Shown one piece after another: positions 49,930 to 59,551 of a DNA stretch of 64,000 bases (position 1 is its first letter; each line of letters begins with the position of its first letter). The notes beneath the pieces are model-generated. The model did no database searches and was not told the DNA's origin. It saw nothing but the letters and a program-made list of their open reading frames with translations. Source of the DNA: an uncultured Actinomycetes bacterium (GTDB taxonomy: Bacteria; Actinomycetota; Thermoleophilia; UBA2241); assembly GCA_963725665.1 (NCBI GenBank), contig CAVRZA010000011.1, forward strand, positions 32,001-96,000, written 5' to 3'. A program made the position numbers and the translations under genes.

Positions 49930-52311
49930 TCAGGACACGGTGAAGCGGCTGACGGCAGCGGTCCCGACGAGATTGCTGGCGTCACCCGGGTAGCGCGCCC
50001 GGAGCAGGATGCGCCCGCGGTGCGTGGCGCGGTAGACGAGCGAGAAGCGCGACGAGGCGTCGATGCGGCGCCAACTGACGGTGCGCCACGTCGCTCCCGA
50101 GTCGCGCGACTCCTGCAGTGCGATGAGTGCCCGCGGCTTGGCCGGACGCACCACGCCCCAGACGCGCATCGCGCTGCCCACGCGGATCGGCGAGACCCCG
50201 CGACGCGCGGTGACGGCGACGCGCACGGCGACGGTCACCTCCTCCGACGTTGCCGGCCCGGCGAACTGCCCCGCGCCGGCGAACGTGGCCACGTAGCGCC
50301 GGTTGTGGCTGGGCGTGACGTTCTTGCGCACGCTCCCCTCGGCGCCCGTGGTCAGCGTGCTCGTCGTGCCACCGATGCGCGCGAAGCTGATCCGCGGCAG
50401 GAGGGGCACGGGAAAGGTGCCGGTGAGGTCGGTCGCCACGCTGAGGACGGTCAAGGCGGCGGACGAGCCGTACTTCACGACGTTGCGATCGGCCGACAGC
50501 CGCAGCGCGACCGCGGTCTGGCCCGCCCAGACGTCACGCGCGAGCGTGGCGGCGTTCCCGGTCGTCGCCTGGAGCTCGAGCAGGTGATGCCCGTTCGCGA
50601 GCGGCCCCGCCGACAGGGTGAAGGGCTCAAGCGGCTCATCGAACGCGTGGTCTGCGTCTGTCGCCGTCGCCGGCGACCAGGCGCCGCCGTCGACGCGGTA
50701 CAGCACGTCGTGGGGCACGTAGACGCTGATGTCGTGGCTGAACGCCTGCAGAGGCGGCTTGCCGCCCCGCGGCCACGGGTTCTCGCGCACCGTGCCGGCC
50801 GCGCTCAGCGTGCCGTCGTCGGCCACAGTGGGCTGAGGGAGGGTGAAGCTGGGGAGCGTGTCGACGACGTTGGGGATGCCGTCTTGGTCTGCATCGCGCC
50901 ACCCGACCTGACCTCGCGTCGAGGGACAGACGTCGCGGTCGAGGTAGGCGATGATGCCGACATCCCCGCCGCGCATGATGCAGGGGAGGGGGGCTCGGCC
51001 GAATGAGTTCTCGGCATTGGCGTTGCGCACCCAGAGGTAGCCCGAGTGGAGATCGCTCCCGCTGGGGTAGCCGCTGCTGGGCGGCATGTAGTACTCGTCG
51101 AGAGCGCCGAAGACGTGGCCCATCTCGTGCGCCATCACGCTGTCGAAGTAGGTCGGCCCATAGTGGTCGTTGTCGTATGTCAGGACCATGTAGGGGCCGA
51201 AGAGGTCGTAGGTGTAGGCGAAGAACCCGTCGGTGAACTCGCCGTTGGAGTCACGGAGACTGTCGACGACGTAGACCGTGAACGCCCAGTCGGTCGCGTT
51301 GGCGCGCCGCACCGCGTCGCCGTAGGCCGTCTCGGGCGGCGGCGAGTCGCCCGGAAAGCCGAGGAAGGTCATGACGGCGCGCCGCCAGACGTCGTCGTTC
51401 GCGGCGCTTTGCGCGATGGGCTCGGACGGCACCGAGACCGTCTGCGGCGCGCCGAGCGTGCCCGCCGGCGGGATCACGAACGTGAGCCCAGAGCTGAGCG
51501 GCGGGTCGGTCGGCCATTCGTACGTCGCCCACCAGGCGAGGGCGAGGTCGATCTTGCCCAGGAGGAACGTCCGGCGGTCGCCGGGGTTGCGTGGATCGTC
51601 GGCGGTCCAGTCCTCGGTGCCGGCGACCCCGGTGCTCTGGGTAAAGATCACGCTGACGGTGACCGAGCCGTCGGCGTACGCCGCGAGCTCGGTCGGACTC
51701 GGTAGCTGACCGAGCAGCGGCGCCGCCCCGGGCAGCAGCGCCGGTGATGCGGTGGCCCCGGGCGTGGCCGCCGAGCCGCCCACGACCGACGGCGGCGGCG
51801 GCTCCTTGAGATCGTTGCCGCCGCCGAGGGCGGCGGGATCGACTGCCGGTAGCACACCGACGGGGCCCTGCGCTTGTTCGCGCAACGCCTGGATGAGCCG
51901 TAGGGCGCGGCGCAGTTGGCGCGAAGCGCCCTGGGGCGGCGACGCGCCTGCGCGCAGCACGGCGAAGCCGACGGCGCGCAGGCGCGTCGCCGCCGCGCTA
52001 CTCAGGTGCGCGACCGCGACGTCGGGCGGGTAGAGCAGGCGCCCGCGCGCGCCGTGCGCGGAGAGCAGCGCCTGCAGCGCATCGGCGTCGGCCGTGGCGC
52101 CCAGGGGCGCGACGACCACGGCATCAAGGGCGGGAGTGCCTTGGGGGCCGGAGACTGTCGGCGCACTGGCCGGCCTGGCGCTGCTGGCGGCGGCCGTCGC
52201 GGGGACGGCCGCCGCCAGCAGCGCCAGGCCGGCCAGTGCCAGCAGGACCCTCGGCGACGCGCGGCGACGCGCGGGCAGCGGTCGCTGGGGCTCGTACGAA
52301 AAAGGGCTCAA
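49930..52311 (-). CDS. Secreted zinc metalloprotease with C-terminal beta-sandwich domains
   Basis: Signal peptide; AHEMGHVFGALDEY, PCIM Met-turn; start approximate (TTG 52311). Confidence 0.75.
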   Translation of the reverse strand: MSPFSYEPQRPLPARRRASPRVLLALAGLALLAAAVPATAAASSARPASAPTVSGPQGTPALDAVVVAPLGATADADALQALLSAHGARGRLLYPPDVAVAHLSSAAATRLRAVGFAVLRAGASPPQGASRQLRRALRLIQALREQAQGPVGVLPAVDPAALGGGNDLKEPPPPSVVGGSAATPGATASPALLPGAAPLLGQLPSPTELAAYADGSVTVSVIFTQSTGVAGTEDWTADDPRNPGDRRTFLLGKIDLALAWWATYEWPTDPPLSSGLTFVIPPAGTLGAPQTVSVPSEPIAQSAANDDVWRRAVMTFLGFPGDSPPPETAYGDAVRRANATDWAFTVYVVDSLRDSNGEFTDGFFAYTYDLFGPYMVLTYDNDHYGPTYFDSVMAHEMGHVFGALDEYYMPPSSGYPSGSDLHSGYLWVRNANAENSFGRAPLPCIMRGGDVGIIAYLDRDVCPSTRGQVGWRDADQDGIPNVVDTLPSFTLPQPTVADDGTLSAAGTVRENPWPRGGKPPLQAFSHDISVYVPHDVLYRVDGGAWSPATATDADHAFDEPLEPFTLSAGPLANGHHLLELQATTGNAATLARDVWAGQTAVALRLSADRNVVKYGSSAALTVLSVATDLTGTFPVPLLPRISFARIGGTTSTLTTGAEGSVRKNVTPSHNRRYVATFAGAGQFAGPATSEEVTVAVRVAVTARRGVSPIRVGSAMRVWGVVRPAKPRALIALQESRDSGATWRTVSWRRIDASSRFSLVYRATHRGRILLRARYPGDASNLVGTAAVSRFTVS

Positions 52312-52366
52312 CTCGCCTACGATTGTAGGGCGAGGCCGGGCGGCGCGCAAACGGCGCGCCGCCCGC

Positions 52367-54379
52367 TCAGCGTGCCCGCGGCGCCGTCGCCACGCGGTCC
52401 TTACCCAGGCGCTTGGCCTCATCGAGCGCCTCTTCGACGCCACGCAGCAGACCACTCTTGTCGCTGGCGTCCGCCGGGTAGCTCGCGAGCCCGACAGAGA
52501 CGCTCAACTCACGCTCCGCGCCGGCAAGGGCGAGCCGCAGCCGCTCGGCCACATCGCGTGATGCCGTCGGCGGCACGTCGACGAGGATCACCGCGAACTC
52601 CTCGCCTCCGTAGCGGGCGCAGATGTCACCGGGGCGCAGCGCGTCGAGCAGACGCTGGGCGAGCTGGTGCAGCAGCTCATCGCCCCGGGCGTGGCCAAGG
52701 CGCTGGTTCAGGACGCTGAAGTCGTCGATGTCGAGGAGCAGCAGCGAGAGCGGCCGCGTCTCCTCCACCGCGTGCCGCAGCTCGCGCTCGAGCCGATCTT
52801 GGAAGGCTCCGTGGTTGTAGAGGCCGGTCAATTCGTCGGTGATCGCCAGCACCCGCCACGTCGAGGCGACGACGTCGCGGTCGCCCATGAGGGCGTTGAA
52901 GACGCGCCACGCCGGTTCGTGGCCGCCTTCGTCGCCCAGGGCGGGGATGTCGACGTTGAGCACGGCTACAGCCTCGCCGCGAGCGTTGCGGATGGCCGCC
53001 ATGCCACAGAGCCAGATGCCCCACTGGTTCACATGGAGGGCGTTCTCCTCTCCCTTGAAGCGCCCTTCGACCAGGTCGGCCTCGCCCAGACGGCTGCGCC
53101 ACACCGCCGTGAGCAGCGGCGAGTCGAGCTCGTACATGTAGGGGTCACCGATGTGCGCGCGTCGCTCTTCATCCTCTTCCGCGTCGAGCACGAACCGGGC
53201 GCAGTCGTCGCGCAGGACGGCGGTGGAGATGCAGGCTACCTCGGGGTGCGCGTCGCGCACGCGGCGCAGCGTGGCCACCATCTCGTGATAGGTCTCGGTA
53301 TCCTCATGGGAGCGCGCCGCGAGGCGATCGTGCTCGTCGCCGTCGATCAACGCCGCCGCCTCGACCGCGATCTCGCGCGCCCGCTCGCGGGCGGCGCGCA
53401 TGCGCTCGAGGATCTCGACGAACGGACCGACCAGCGCGGGATCGAACTCGGGACCCGCTCCCTCGCGCAGCTCGCGCAGCGCGGCGCTGTACGTGAGCGC
53501 CTTGGCGTAGGGCCGCGAGTACGACATGGCATCGTAGGAATCGGCGATGTGCAGGATGCGCGCCAGCAGCGAGACCTCCTCGCCGCGCAAGCCGTCGGGA
53601 TACCCGCTGCCGTCCCACGCCTCGTGGTGGTGGCGCACGGCGCTCAGCACCTCGCGCGAGAAGAGCGGCGAGACGATGCGGGCGCTGATGTCGGCGTGTC
53701 GCTGCATCAGCGCCCGCTCCTCGTCGTTGAGGCGGCCGCGCTTCTGCAGGATGCGGTCGGTGATGCCGATCTTGCCGATGTCATGCAGGTAGCAGGCCTT
53801 CTCCAACTCTCTGGTGAGGCCCTCGTCCACCCCCAGCTCGCGGCAGAGGAAGGTCGCGTAGGCGGCGACGCGCGAGGCGTGGCCGTGGGTGTAGGCGTCT
53901 TTGGCGTTGAGCGCCGAGGCGAGGGTGCAGAGGCTGTTCAAGTGGACCTGGCGCAGCTCGTCGACGCGCTTCGCGTTCTCGATGGCCGCCACCGCCTGAT
54001 CGGCCATCGCCTGCGCGAGGCCCATCTCGTCGTCGCCGACGATGCGTTCCTCGGCCGTGTCGCTGAGCTCGATGCGGCCCACCTGCCGACCGGCGTAGGT
54101 CATCGGCACCGCCAGGGTCACACCGCCGCCGTCGCGACCAAAGGGCTCGCGGCAGTCGTGGTCGGCAAGCACGCGGAGCTCTCCGGTCGCCTCGTCGCAC
54201 TCATAGATCGCGCATGATGGGAAGTCGAGGACGCGGGCCATGGTCTCGGCCACCGACGCCAGGACCGTGTCGAGATCCTCCCCCTGCGTGACCGCGCGCG
54301 CGACCGCGAACAGCCCGTCGAGCTGCCGCTCGGCCGCCGGTAGCACGCCACCGGCCTGGGAGTTTCGATGGTCAAGCAT
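52367..54379 (-). CDS. GAF + HD-GYP + Cache-like + GGDEF hybrid protein
   Basis: LHDIGK, HHEAWDGSGYPDGL, ADSYDAM; [14 protein letters not shown]. Confidence 0.9.
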   Translation of the reverse strand: MLDHRNSQAGGVLPAAERQLDGLFAVARAVTQGEDLDTVLASVAETMARVLDFPSCAIYECDEATGELRVLADHDCREPFGRDGGGVTLAVPMTYAGRQVGRIELSDTAEERIVGDDEMGLAQAMADQAVAAIENAKRVDELRQVHLNSLCTLASALNAKDAYTHGHASRVAAYATFLCRELGVDEGLTRELEKACYLHDIGKIGITDRILQKRGRLNDEERALMQRHADISARIVSPLFSREVLSAVRHHHEAWDGSGYPDGLRGEEVSLLARILHIADSYDAMSYSRPYAKALTYSAALRELREGAGPEFDPALVGPFVEILERMRAARERAREIAVEAAALIDGDEHDRLAARSHEDTETYHEMVATLRRVRDAHPEVACISTAVLRDDCARFVLDAEEDEERRAHIGDPYMYELDSPLLTAVWRSRLGEADLVEGRFKGEENALHVNQWGIWLCGMAAIRNARGEAVAVLNVDIPALGDEGGHEPAWRVFNALMGDRDVVASTWRVLAITDELTGLYNHGAFQDRLERELRHAVEETRPLSLLLLDIDDFSVLNQRLGHARGDELLHQLAQRLLDALRPGDICARYGGEEFAVILVDVPPTASRDVAERLRLALAGAERELSVSVGLASYPADASDKSGLLRGVEEALDEAKRLGKDRVATAPRAR

Positions 54380-54653
54380 GGCTGTCGTTCCCCGGAGTCG
54401 CCTTCCGCTGCCTCGCGCGGTCGCCGCCCGCCTCGTGTCCGCGGGCGAGGTCGCTGCGAGCGTACGACTGGATTCGACGTCGCTATACCGGAACCCCCCT
54501 CGTCGGCCACGAGACTGTCGGACGCGGCCTCGCGCAGGGGCGCTCGCGGGGCCCCTGCAGGCCCTTTCCTGCGTGGTATACTTCCGCGTCTATGGCCAGC
54601 CCCAACCGCCGTTCCGCCCCTCCGGCGAGCCGCCGGATCCCTGGGAGACCGTG

Positions 54654-55565
54654 ATGGGTCTGCGCTGTGTCGTGCTCGTCAAGCAGGTGCCCGATACCAA
54701 GAACGTGACCGGCGAGGCGATGAAGGAGGACGGCACCGTCAACCGCGCCGCTCTGCCGGCCGTCTTCAACCCCGAGGACCTCAACGCGCTCGAGGAGGCG
54801 CTGCGCCTGAAGGATCGCTTCGGCGGCCGCGTAAGCGTGATCACCATGGGTCCGCCGGCCGCCGTCGAGGTGCTGCGCGAGTCTCTCTACCGCGGCGCCG
54901 ACGAGGTCGTGCTGCTCACCGACCGCGCATTCGCCGGCGCCGACACCCTGGCGACGAGTTACACGCTCGCTCTCGCCGTCAAGAAGCTGGGCGACGTCGA
55001 CCTGGTGCTCTGCGGCCGGCAGGCGATCGACGGCGACACGGCACAGGTCGGGCCGCAGACGGCCGAGAAGCTCGGCCTGCCGCAAGTGACCGGCGTGACG
55101 CGCATCGACGCCGTCGATCCCGAGGGGGGTAGCATCACCGTGACGCGCGCCGTCGAGGGCGGCAGCGAGACGCTGCGCAGCCCGCTTCCGGCGCTCCTCA
55201 CCGTGACCTCCGAGGCCAACGAACCACGCCCACCGAGCGTGAAGCTGGTGATGACCTACAAGGACGTGGCCGCCGAAGCGCTGCCCGACTACGACGACAG
55301 CTACCTCGATCCCGAGAGCGACGAGGCGGAGGTATGCATCATCGATCGCAACGGGCGGCCGGTGTGTCGCGCCAAGGTCGTGCAATGGGACCACGACGCC
55401 ATCGGCGCCGACCGTGAGCTCGTGGGCCTGCGCGGCTCGCCGACACGCGTGAAGAAGGTCGACAGCGTCGTGCTGGCCCAGGGCGAGACGCGCCTGGTCG
55501 ACGCCGGCGAGGAGAGCATCGCCGCGCTCGTGCACGAGCTCATCGAGGAGCACATCCTTGGCTGA
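54654..55565 (+). CDS. etfB: Electron transfer flavoprotein beta subunit
   Basis: VKQVPDT, NPEDLNALEEAL, AGADTLATS, GRQAIDGDTAQVGP; extended -10 TGGTATACT at 54574-54582. Confidence 0.93.
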   Translation: MGLRCVVLVKQVPDTKNVTGEAMKEDGTVNRAALPAVFNPEDLNALEEALRLKDRFGGRVSVITMGPPAAVEVLRESLYRGADEVVLLTDRAFAGADTLATSYTLALAVKKLGDVDLVLCGRQAIDGDTAQVGPQTAEKLGLPQVTGVTRIDAVDPEGGSITVTRAVEGGSETLRSPLPALLTVTSEANEPRPPSVKLVMTYKDVAAEALPDYDDSYLDPESDEAEVCIIDRNGRPVCRAKVVQWDHDAIGADRELVGLRGSPTRVKKVDSVVLAQGETRLVDAGEESIAALVHELIEEHILG

Positions 55566-56697
55566 GATAGGACCGGCTGCCGGCGGCGACGTCTGGGTCT
55601 TTGTCGAGGTCGCCGGCGGCCGCGCCGCCGAGGTCTCACTGGAGCTGCTGGGCAGGGCGCGCGAGCTCGCCGACCGCCTCGGCGTGCGCGTCGCCGCCGT
55701 CGTCGCCGGCGCCGAGGCCGAGACCGGCGAGCTCGCGCGCGGCCTACCCGACTACGGCGCCGACGTCGTCTTCCACTGCGCGGCCGACGAGCTCTCCTCG
55801 TACGCCGCGCAGCCTTACACACGTCTGCTGGTCGACCTCATCCGCCGTCACACCCCGCAGATCGTCCTCTACGGCGCGACGACCACGGGACGCGACCTCG
55901 CCCCGCGCATCGCCTCCGCCCTGCGTACAGGCCTCACTGCCGACTGCACCGACCTGCGCATCGGCGACCACGAGACGCGCGAGCGCGACTACCGGGACAT
56001 CCTGCTGCAGATCAGGCCCGCCTTCGGCGGCAACATCATCGCCACCATCGTCTCGCCCGATCACCGGCCCCAGATGGCCACCGTCCGCGAGGGCGTCTTC
56101 GTCTTGCCCGAGGCCCGGCAGGGCCGGCAAGGCGAGATCGTCAGGATCGAGCTCGGCCGCGAGGGCCGCGGCGTGGAGACCGACGGGGGGGCGCTCGCCG
56201 CCGAGGCCGTGACCGACGACCCGGGGCCGTCCACCGCCGCGCGCGTCGAACCGCCCGTCCTGGTCCGGGACGAGGACTTCGTTGTGGAGCTCCTGGCGCG
56301 CACGACCGAGGAGCGGCGCATCGACCTCAAGGGCGCCCAGGTCGTGGTCTCCGGCGGCGTAGGGGTCGGCTCGGCCGAGGGCTTCGCCCTGATCACCGAG
56401 CTCGCACAGACCCTGGGCGGCGTCGTCGGCGCGTCGCGCGCCGCGGTCGACGCCGGCTACATCGGACGCGAGCACCAGGTCGGGCAGACCGGCACCACGG
56501 TGCGCCCCAAGCTCTACATCGCCGCCGGCATCTCGGGTTCGGTCCAGCACCGGGCCGGCATGGACGGGTCGGCGCGCATCCTGGCCATCAACAGCGACTC
56601 CTCGGCGCCCATCTTCGCGGTCGCCCACTACGGCATCGTCGGCGACCTGCACGAGGTCATCCCCCGCTTGATCAAGGCCTATCGGAGCAAGGCGTGA
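55558..56697 (+). CDS. etfA: Electron transfer flavoprotein alpha subunit
   Basis: [39 protein letters not shown]. Confidence 0.93.
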   Translation: MAEIGPAAGGDVWVFVEVAGGRAAEVSLELLGRARELADRLGVRVAAVVAGAEAETGELARGLPDYGADVVFHCAADELSSYAAQPYTRLLVDLIRRHTPQIVLYGATTTGRDLAPRIASALRTGLTADCTDLRIGDHETRERDYRDILLQIRPAFGGNIIATIVSPDHRPQMATVREGVFVLPEARQGRQGEIVRIELGREGRGVETDGGALAAEAVTDDPGPSTAARVEPPVLVRDEDFVVELLARTTEERRIDLKGAQVVVSGGVGVGSAEGFALITELAQTLGGVVGASRAAVDAGYIGREHQVGQTGTTVRPKLYIAAGISGSVQHRAGMDGSARILAINSDSSAPIFAVAHYGIVGDLHEVIPRLIKAYRSKA

Positions 56698-58430
56698 GCA
56701 ACTACTTCAGCGACAACGAGGACCTGCTCCTACAGCTCGAGCACCTCGACCTGGCGCGCATCGTGCGCCTACGCGAGGACGACTTCCGCGAGAGGCAGGA
56801 CTTCACCTACGCGCCCCGCGACCACGAGGACGCGCTCGACGGCTACCGCCGTGCGCTGGAGATCGTCGGCGACATCGCCGGCGAGTTCGTGGCGCCACGC
56901 GCCGAAGATGTCGACCGCGTCGGCAGCACGCTCATTGACGGTGACGTCTGCTACGCGCCGGGCATCGGCGAGGCCCTCACCCGCCTCGCGCAGGCCGACC
57001 TCATGGGCATCACGCTGCCACGCCGCTACGGCGGGCTCAACTTCCCGGTGGCTGTCGCCACGATGATCGTCGAGATCGTCTCGCGCGCTGACGCGGCCCT
57101 GATGAACGTCTTCGGCCTGCAGGACATCGCCGACACGATCAACAAGTTCGGCTCCGAGGAGCTCAAGGAGGCCTACCTGCCGCGTTTCGCCAGCGGCGAG
57201 GTCACGGGCTCCATGGCGCTCACCGAACCCGAGGCCGGCTCCGACCTGCAGAACGTGCAGCTCAAGGCGAGCGAGCAGCCCGACGGCACGTGGCGCCTGA
57301 ACGGCGTGAAACGCTTCATCACCAACGGCTGCGGCCAGGTCTCGCTCGTGCTGGCGCGCAGCGAGGAAGGCTCGACCGACGCCCGCGGCCTGTCGCTGTT
57401 CCTCTACGAGCGCGACGAGCACATGCGCATCCGCCGCCTCGAGGACAAGCTGGGCATCCACGGTTCGCCGACCTGCGAGCTGCAGTTCACCGACGCGCCG
57501 GCGTTGCTCGTCGGCGAGCGCCGCAGGGGGCTCACCACGTACGTGATGAGCCTCATGAACGGCGCTCGCCTGGCCATCGCGGCGCAGGCGCAGGGCATCG
57601 CCGAGGCCGCCTGCCGCGCGGCCGAGAAGTACGCCGGGGAGCGCGTGCAGTTCGGCGCCCCGATCAAGCGGATCCCCGCCGTCGCGGCCATGCTGGCCGA
57701 CATGCGCGTCGCTCTCGAGGCCTCTCGCGCCGTCCTCTACGAAGCGGCGCGCATCGTCGACCTCAAGGAGGCTATCGAGCGCCGGGTCGAGCTGCTCGCC
57801 TCCGGCGAGCTCGACCCGGCGCTCCCCGACGAGCTCAAGGAGCTGCGCGCCGAGCTCAAGCGCTACAACCGCCTCGCCGGCCTTTACACCCCGCTCGTCA
57901 AGGCGCACTGCACCGAGGTCGCCAACCGCATCGCCTACGACTCGCTACAGGTGCACGGCGGCTCGGGCTACATGCGCGACTTCGCCGTCGAGCGCCACCT
58001 GCGCGACGCGCGCATCACGACCATCTACGAAGGCACGACGCAACTGCAGGTCGTGGCGGCCATCGGTCCCACACTCTCGGGAACGTTGGCCGAGCAGCTC
58101 GAGCGCTATGACGGCGGCAACTACGCGGCCACGCCGGAACTGCTCGAGCGCGTGCGCAAGGCGCGCGCCGACCTCGAGTGGGCCATCGAGCGCGTGCGGG
58201 CGGTCGACGACCCCCACTTCCGCGACCTCCACGCGCGCCGGCTGGTGGAGATGGCGACCGACGTCGTATGCAGCTATCTGCTCCTGCGCGACGCGCAGGC
58301 CGGCCCGCGCAAGCTCCTCGTGGCGCGCCACTTCGTCGCGGCAATGGCCCCTCGCGTCGCCGCCGCGGCGCAAGCGGTGGTCGAGAGCAGTCCCGAGAGT
58401 CTCGACACACTGGGAGTCATCGCCGACTAG
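56694..58430 (+). CDS. Acyl-CoA dehydrogenase family protein
   Basis: ALTEPEAGSD, LNGVKRFIT, KLGIHGSPTC, MNGARL, QVHGGSGY, IYEGTTQLQ. Confidence 0.93.
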   Translation: MSNYFSDNEDLLLQLEHLDLARIVRLREDDFRERQDFTYAPRDHEDALDGYRRALEIVGDIAGEFVAPRAEDVDRVGSTLIDGDVCYAPGIGEALTRLAQADLMGITLPRRYGGLNFPVAVATMIVEIVSRADAALMNVFGLQDIADTINKFGSEELKEAYLPRFASGEVTGSMALTEPEAGSDLQNVQLKASEQPDGTWRLNGVKRFITNGCGQVSLVLARSEEGSTDARGLSLFLYERDEHMRIRRLEDKLGIHGSPTCELQFTDAPALLVGERRRGLTTYVMSLMNGARLAIAAQAQGIAEAACRAAEKYAGERVQFGAPIKRIPAVAAMLADMRVALEASRAVLYEAARIVDLKEAIERRVELLASGELDPALPDELKELRAELKRYNRLAGLYTPLVKAHCTEVANRIAYDSLQVHGGSGYMRDFAVERHLRDARITTIYEGTTQLQVVAAIGPTLSGTLAEQLERYDGGNYAATPELLERVRKARADLEWAIERVRAVDDPHFRDLHARRLVEMATDVVCSYLLLRDAQAGPRKLLVARHFVAAMAPRVAAAAQAVVESSPESLDTLGVIAD

Positions 58431-58435
58431 AGCGA

Positions 58436-58458
58436 CCGCCGCGGCGCGGCCGCGGTGG
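58436..58458. terminator. GC hairpin between convergent acd and GGDEF genes
   Basis: ccgccgcggc-gcg-gccgcggtgg. Confidence 0.45.
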
Positions 58459-58506
58459 ACAGCGCCGGCCGCGTCGCCGCACCTGCGGTCGCAGGCTGTG
58501 TCCTCC

Positions 58507-59547
58507 CTACCCGCCGCGGTACACGACGACTCGGTTCTTGCCCGCCCGTTTGGCGCTCTTCAGAGCGTCGCGGGCGACGGCGATCAGATCGTCCGGCTCC
58601 TCGGCGTCCTCGGGCAGACCGGCCACGCCGAGGCTCACAGTGATCCTGCCGATCGGCTCGTCGTTCTCGTCGCGGACGACGGCCTCCTCTATAGCCCCGC
58701 GGACGCGCTCAGCCACGACGAGCACGCCGGCGCCGCGCGAGCTGGTGTGCGGGAGCAGCAGCGCGAACTCCTGCCCATCTAGCCGCGAGGCGATGTCGAC
58801 CCCGCGACGGATGCCGCCGCGCAGAAGGCGCCCGACGCTGCGCAAGGCACGGTCCCCGGCGCGGCGGCCGTGCGCTTTGTTGAACTGCCGCAGGTCGTCG
58901 ACGTCGACGACGACAACGGCCAGTCCGCCCCGGTAGCGCCTGACGCGCGTCGCCTCGCTCGCGAGCCTGTCCTCGAAGAAGCGCCGCGTGTGCAGGCCCG
59001 TGAGGGGATCGCTGTCGGCCTGCCGCTCGAGAGTGCGGACGAGGCGCGCGTTCTCGACCGCTGCCGCGGTCTGGTTGGTAAGGATCTGCAACAACTCGAC
59101 GTCGTCGTCGCTGATGGGATCGCCGTGCTCGCGGCTGACGTCGATGCAGCCCAGCGACCTGCCCTTGAACACGATCGGCAGCACCAGCCGGCCCCGTGCG
59201 CCGTCGCTGCGCGCGCCGCTGACCGTAGCGCGTGTGTCGAAGGCCTCGCGCACGAGCCTGTCGGGCGACGATCTCTCGATGACCTCGGGCGGCTCGGCCT
59301 CGTCGGTCACGTCGGGAAGGACGCAGACGAAGGTCCCGTCCTCCTGAAGCAGATGGACCTCTACGGAACAGCCGGCGCCGTCGAAGATGCCGGCGATCCC
59401 CGCCTTCACTGTCCCTATGCTCTGCGCGAGGTTGTGCGAGGCGGTGATCGCGCGGCTCGACCGCAGCAGGGCGAGAAGCCGTCGATCAAGCACCTCCTCG
59501 CGGGGCTCCCCGCGCGTATCGTTCGGTGTCGGCCCGTCGTCAGTCAT
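58507..59547 (-). CDS. GAF + degenerate GGDEF protein (DGQEF)
   Basis: DPLTGL, DVDDLRQFN, RGVD-IASRL-DGQEF, AKRAGKNR. Confidence 0.85.
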   Translation of the reverse strand: MTDDGPTPNDTRGEPREEVLDRRLLALLRSSRAITASHNLAQSIGTVKAGIAGIFDGAGCSVEVHLLQEDGTFVCVLPDVTDEAEPPEVIERSSPDRLVREAFDTRATVSGARSDGARGRLVLPIVFKGRSLGCIDVSREHGDPISDDDVELLQILTNQTAAAVENARLVRTLERQADSDPLTGLHTRRFFEDRLASEATRVRRYRGGLAVVVVDVDDLRQFNKAHGRRAGDRALRSVGRLLRGGIRRGVDIASRLDGQEFALLLPHTSSRGAGVLVVAERVRGAIEEAVVRDENDEPIGRITVSLGVAGLPEDAEEPDDLIAVARDALKSAKRAGKNRVVVYRGG

Positions 59548-59551
59548 TGAC

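Noticed and set aside
52667-54217. Long antisense ORFs (also 49074-49943, 54483-55553, 56769-57908 and others)
   Set aside because: Typical stop-poor shadows of high-GC genes with no motifs
54450-54510. GGATTCGAC resembling the tmRNA 5' end
   Set aside because: No GGGG 5' end, tag ORF or tRNA-like 3' end; it lies in a divergent promoter region
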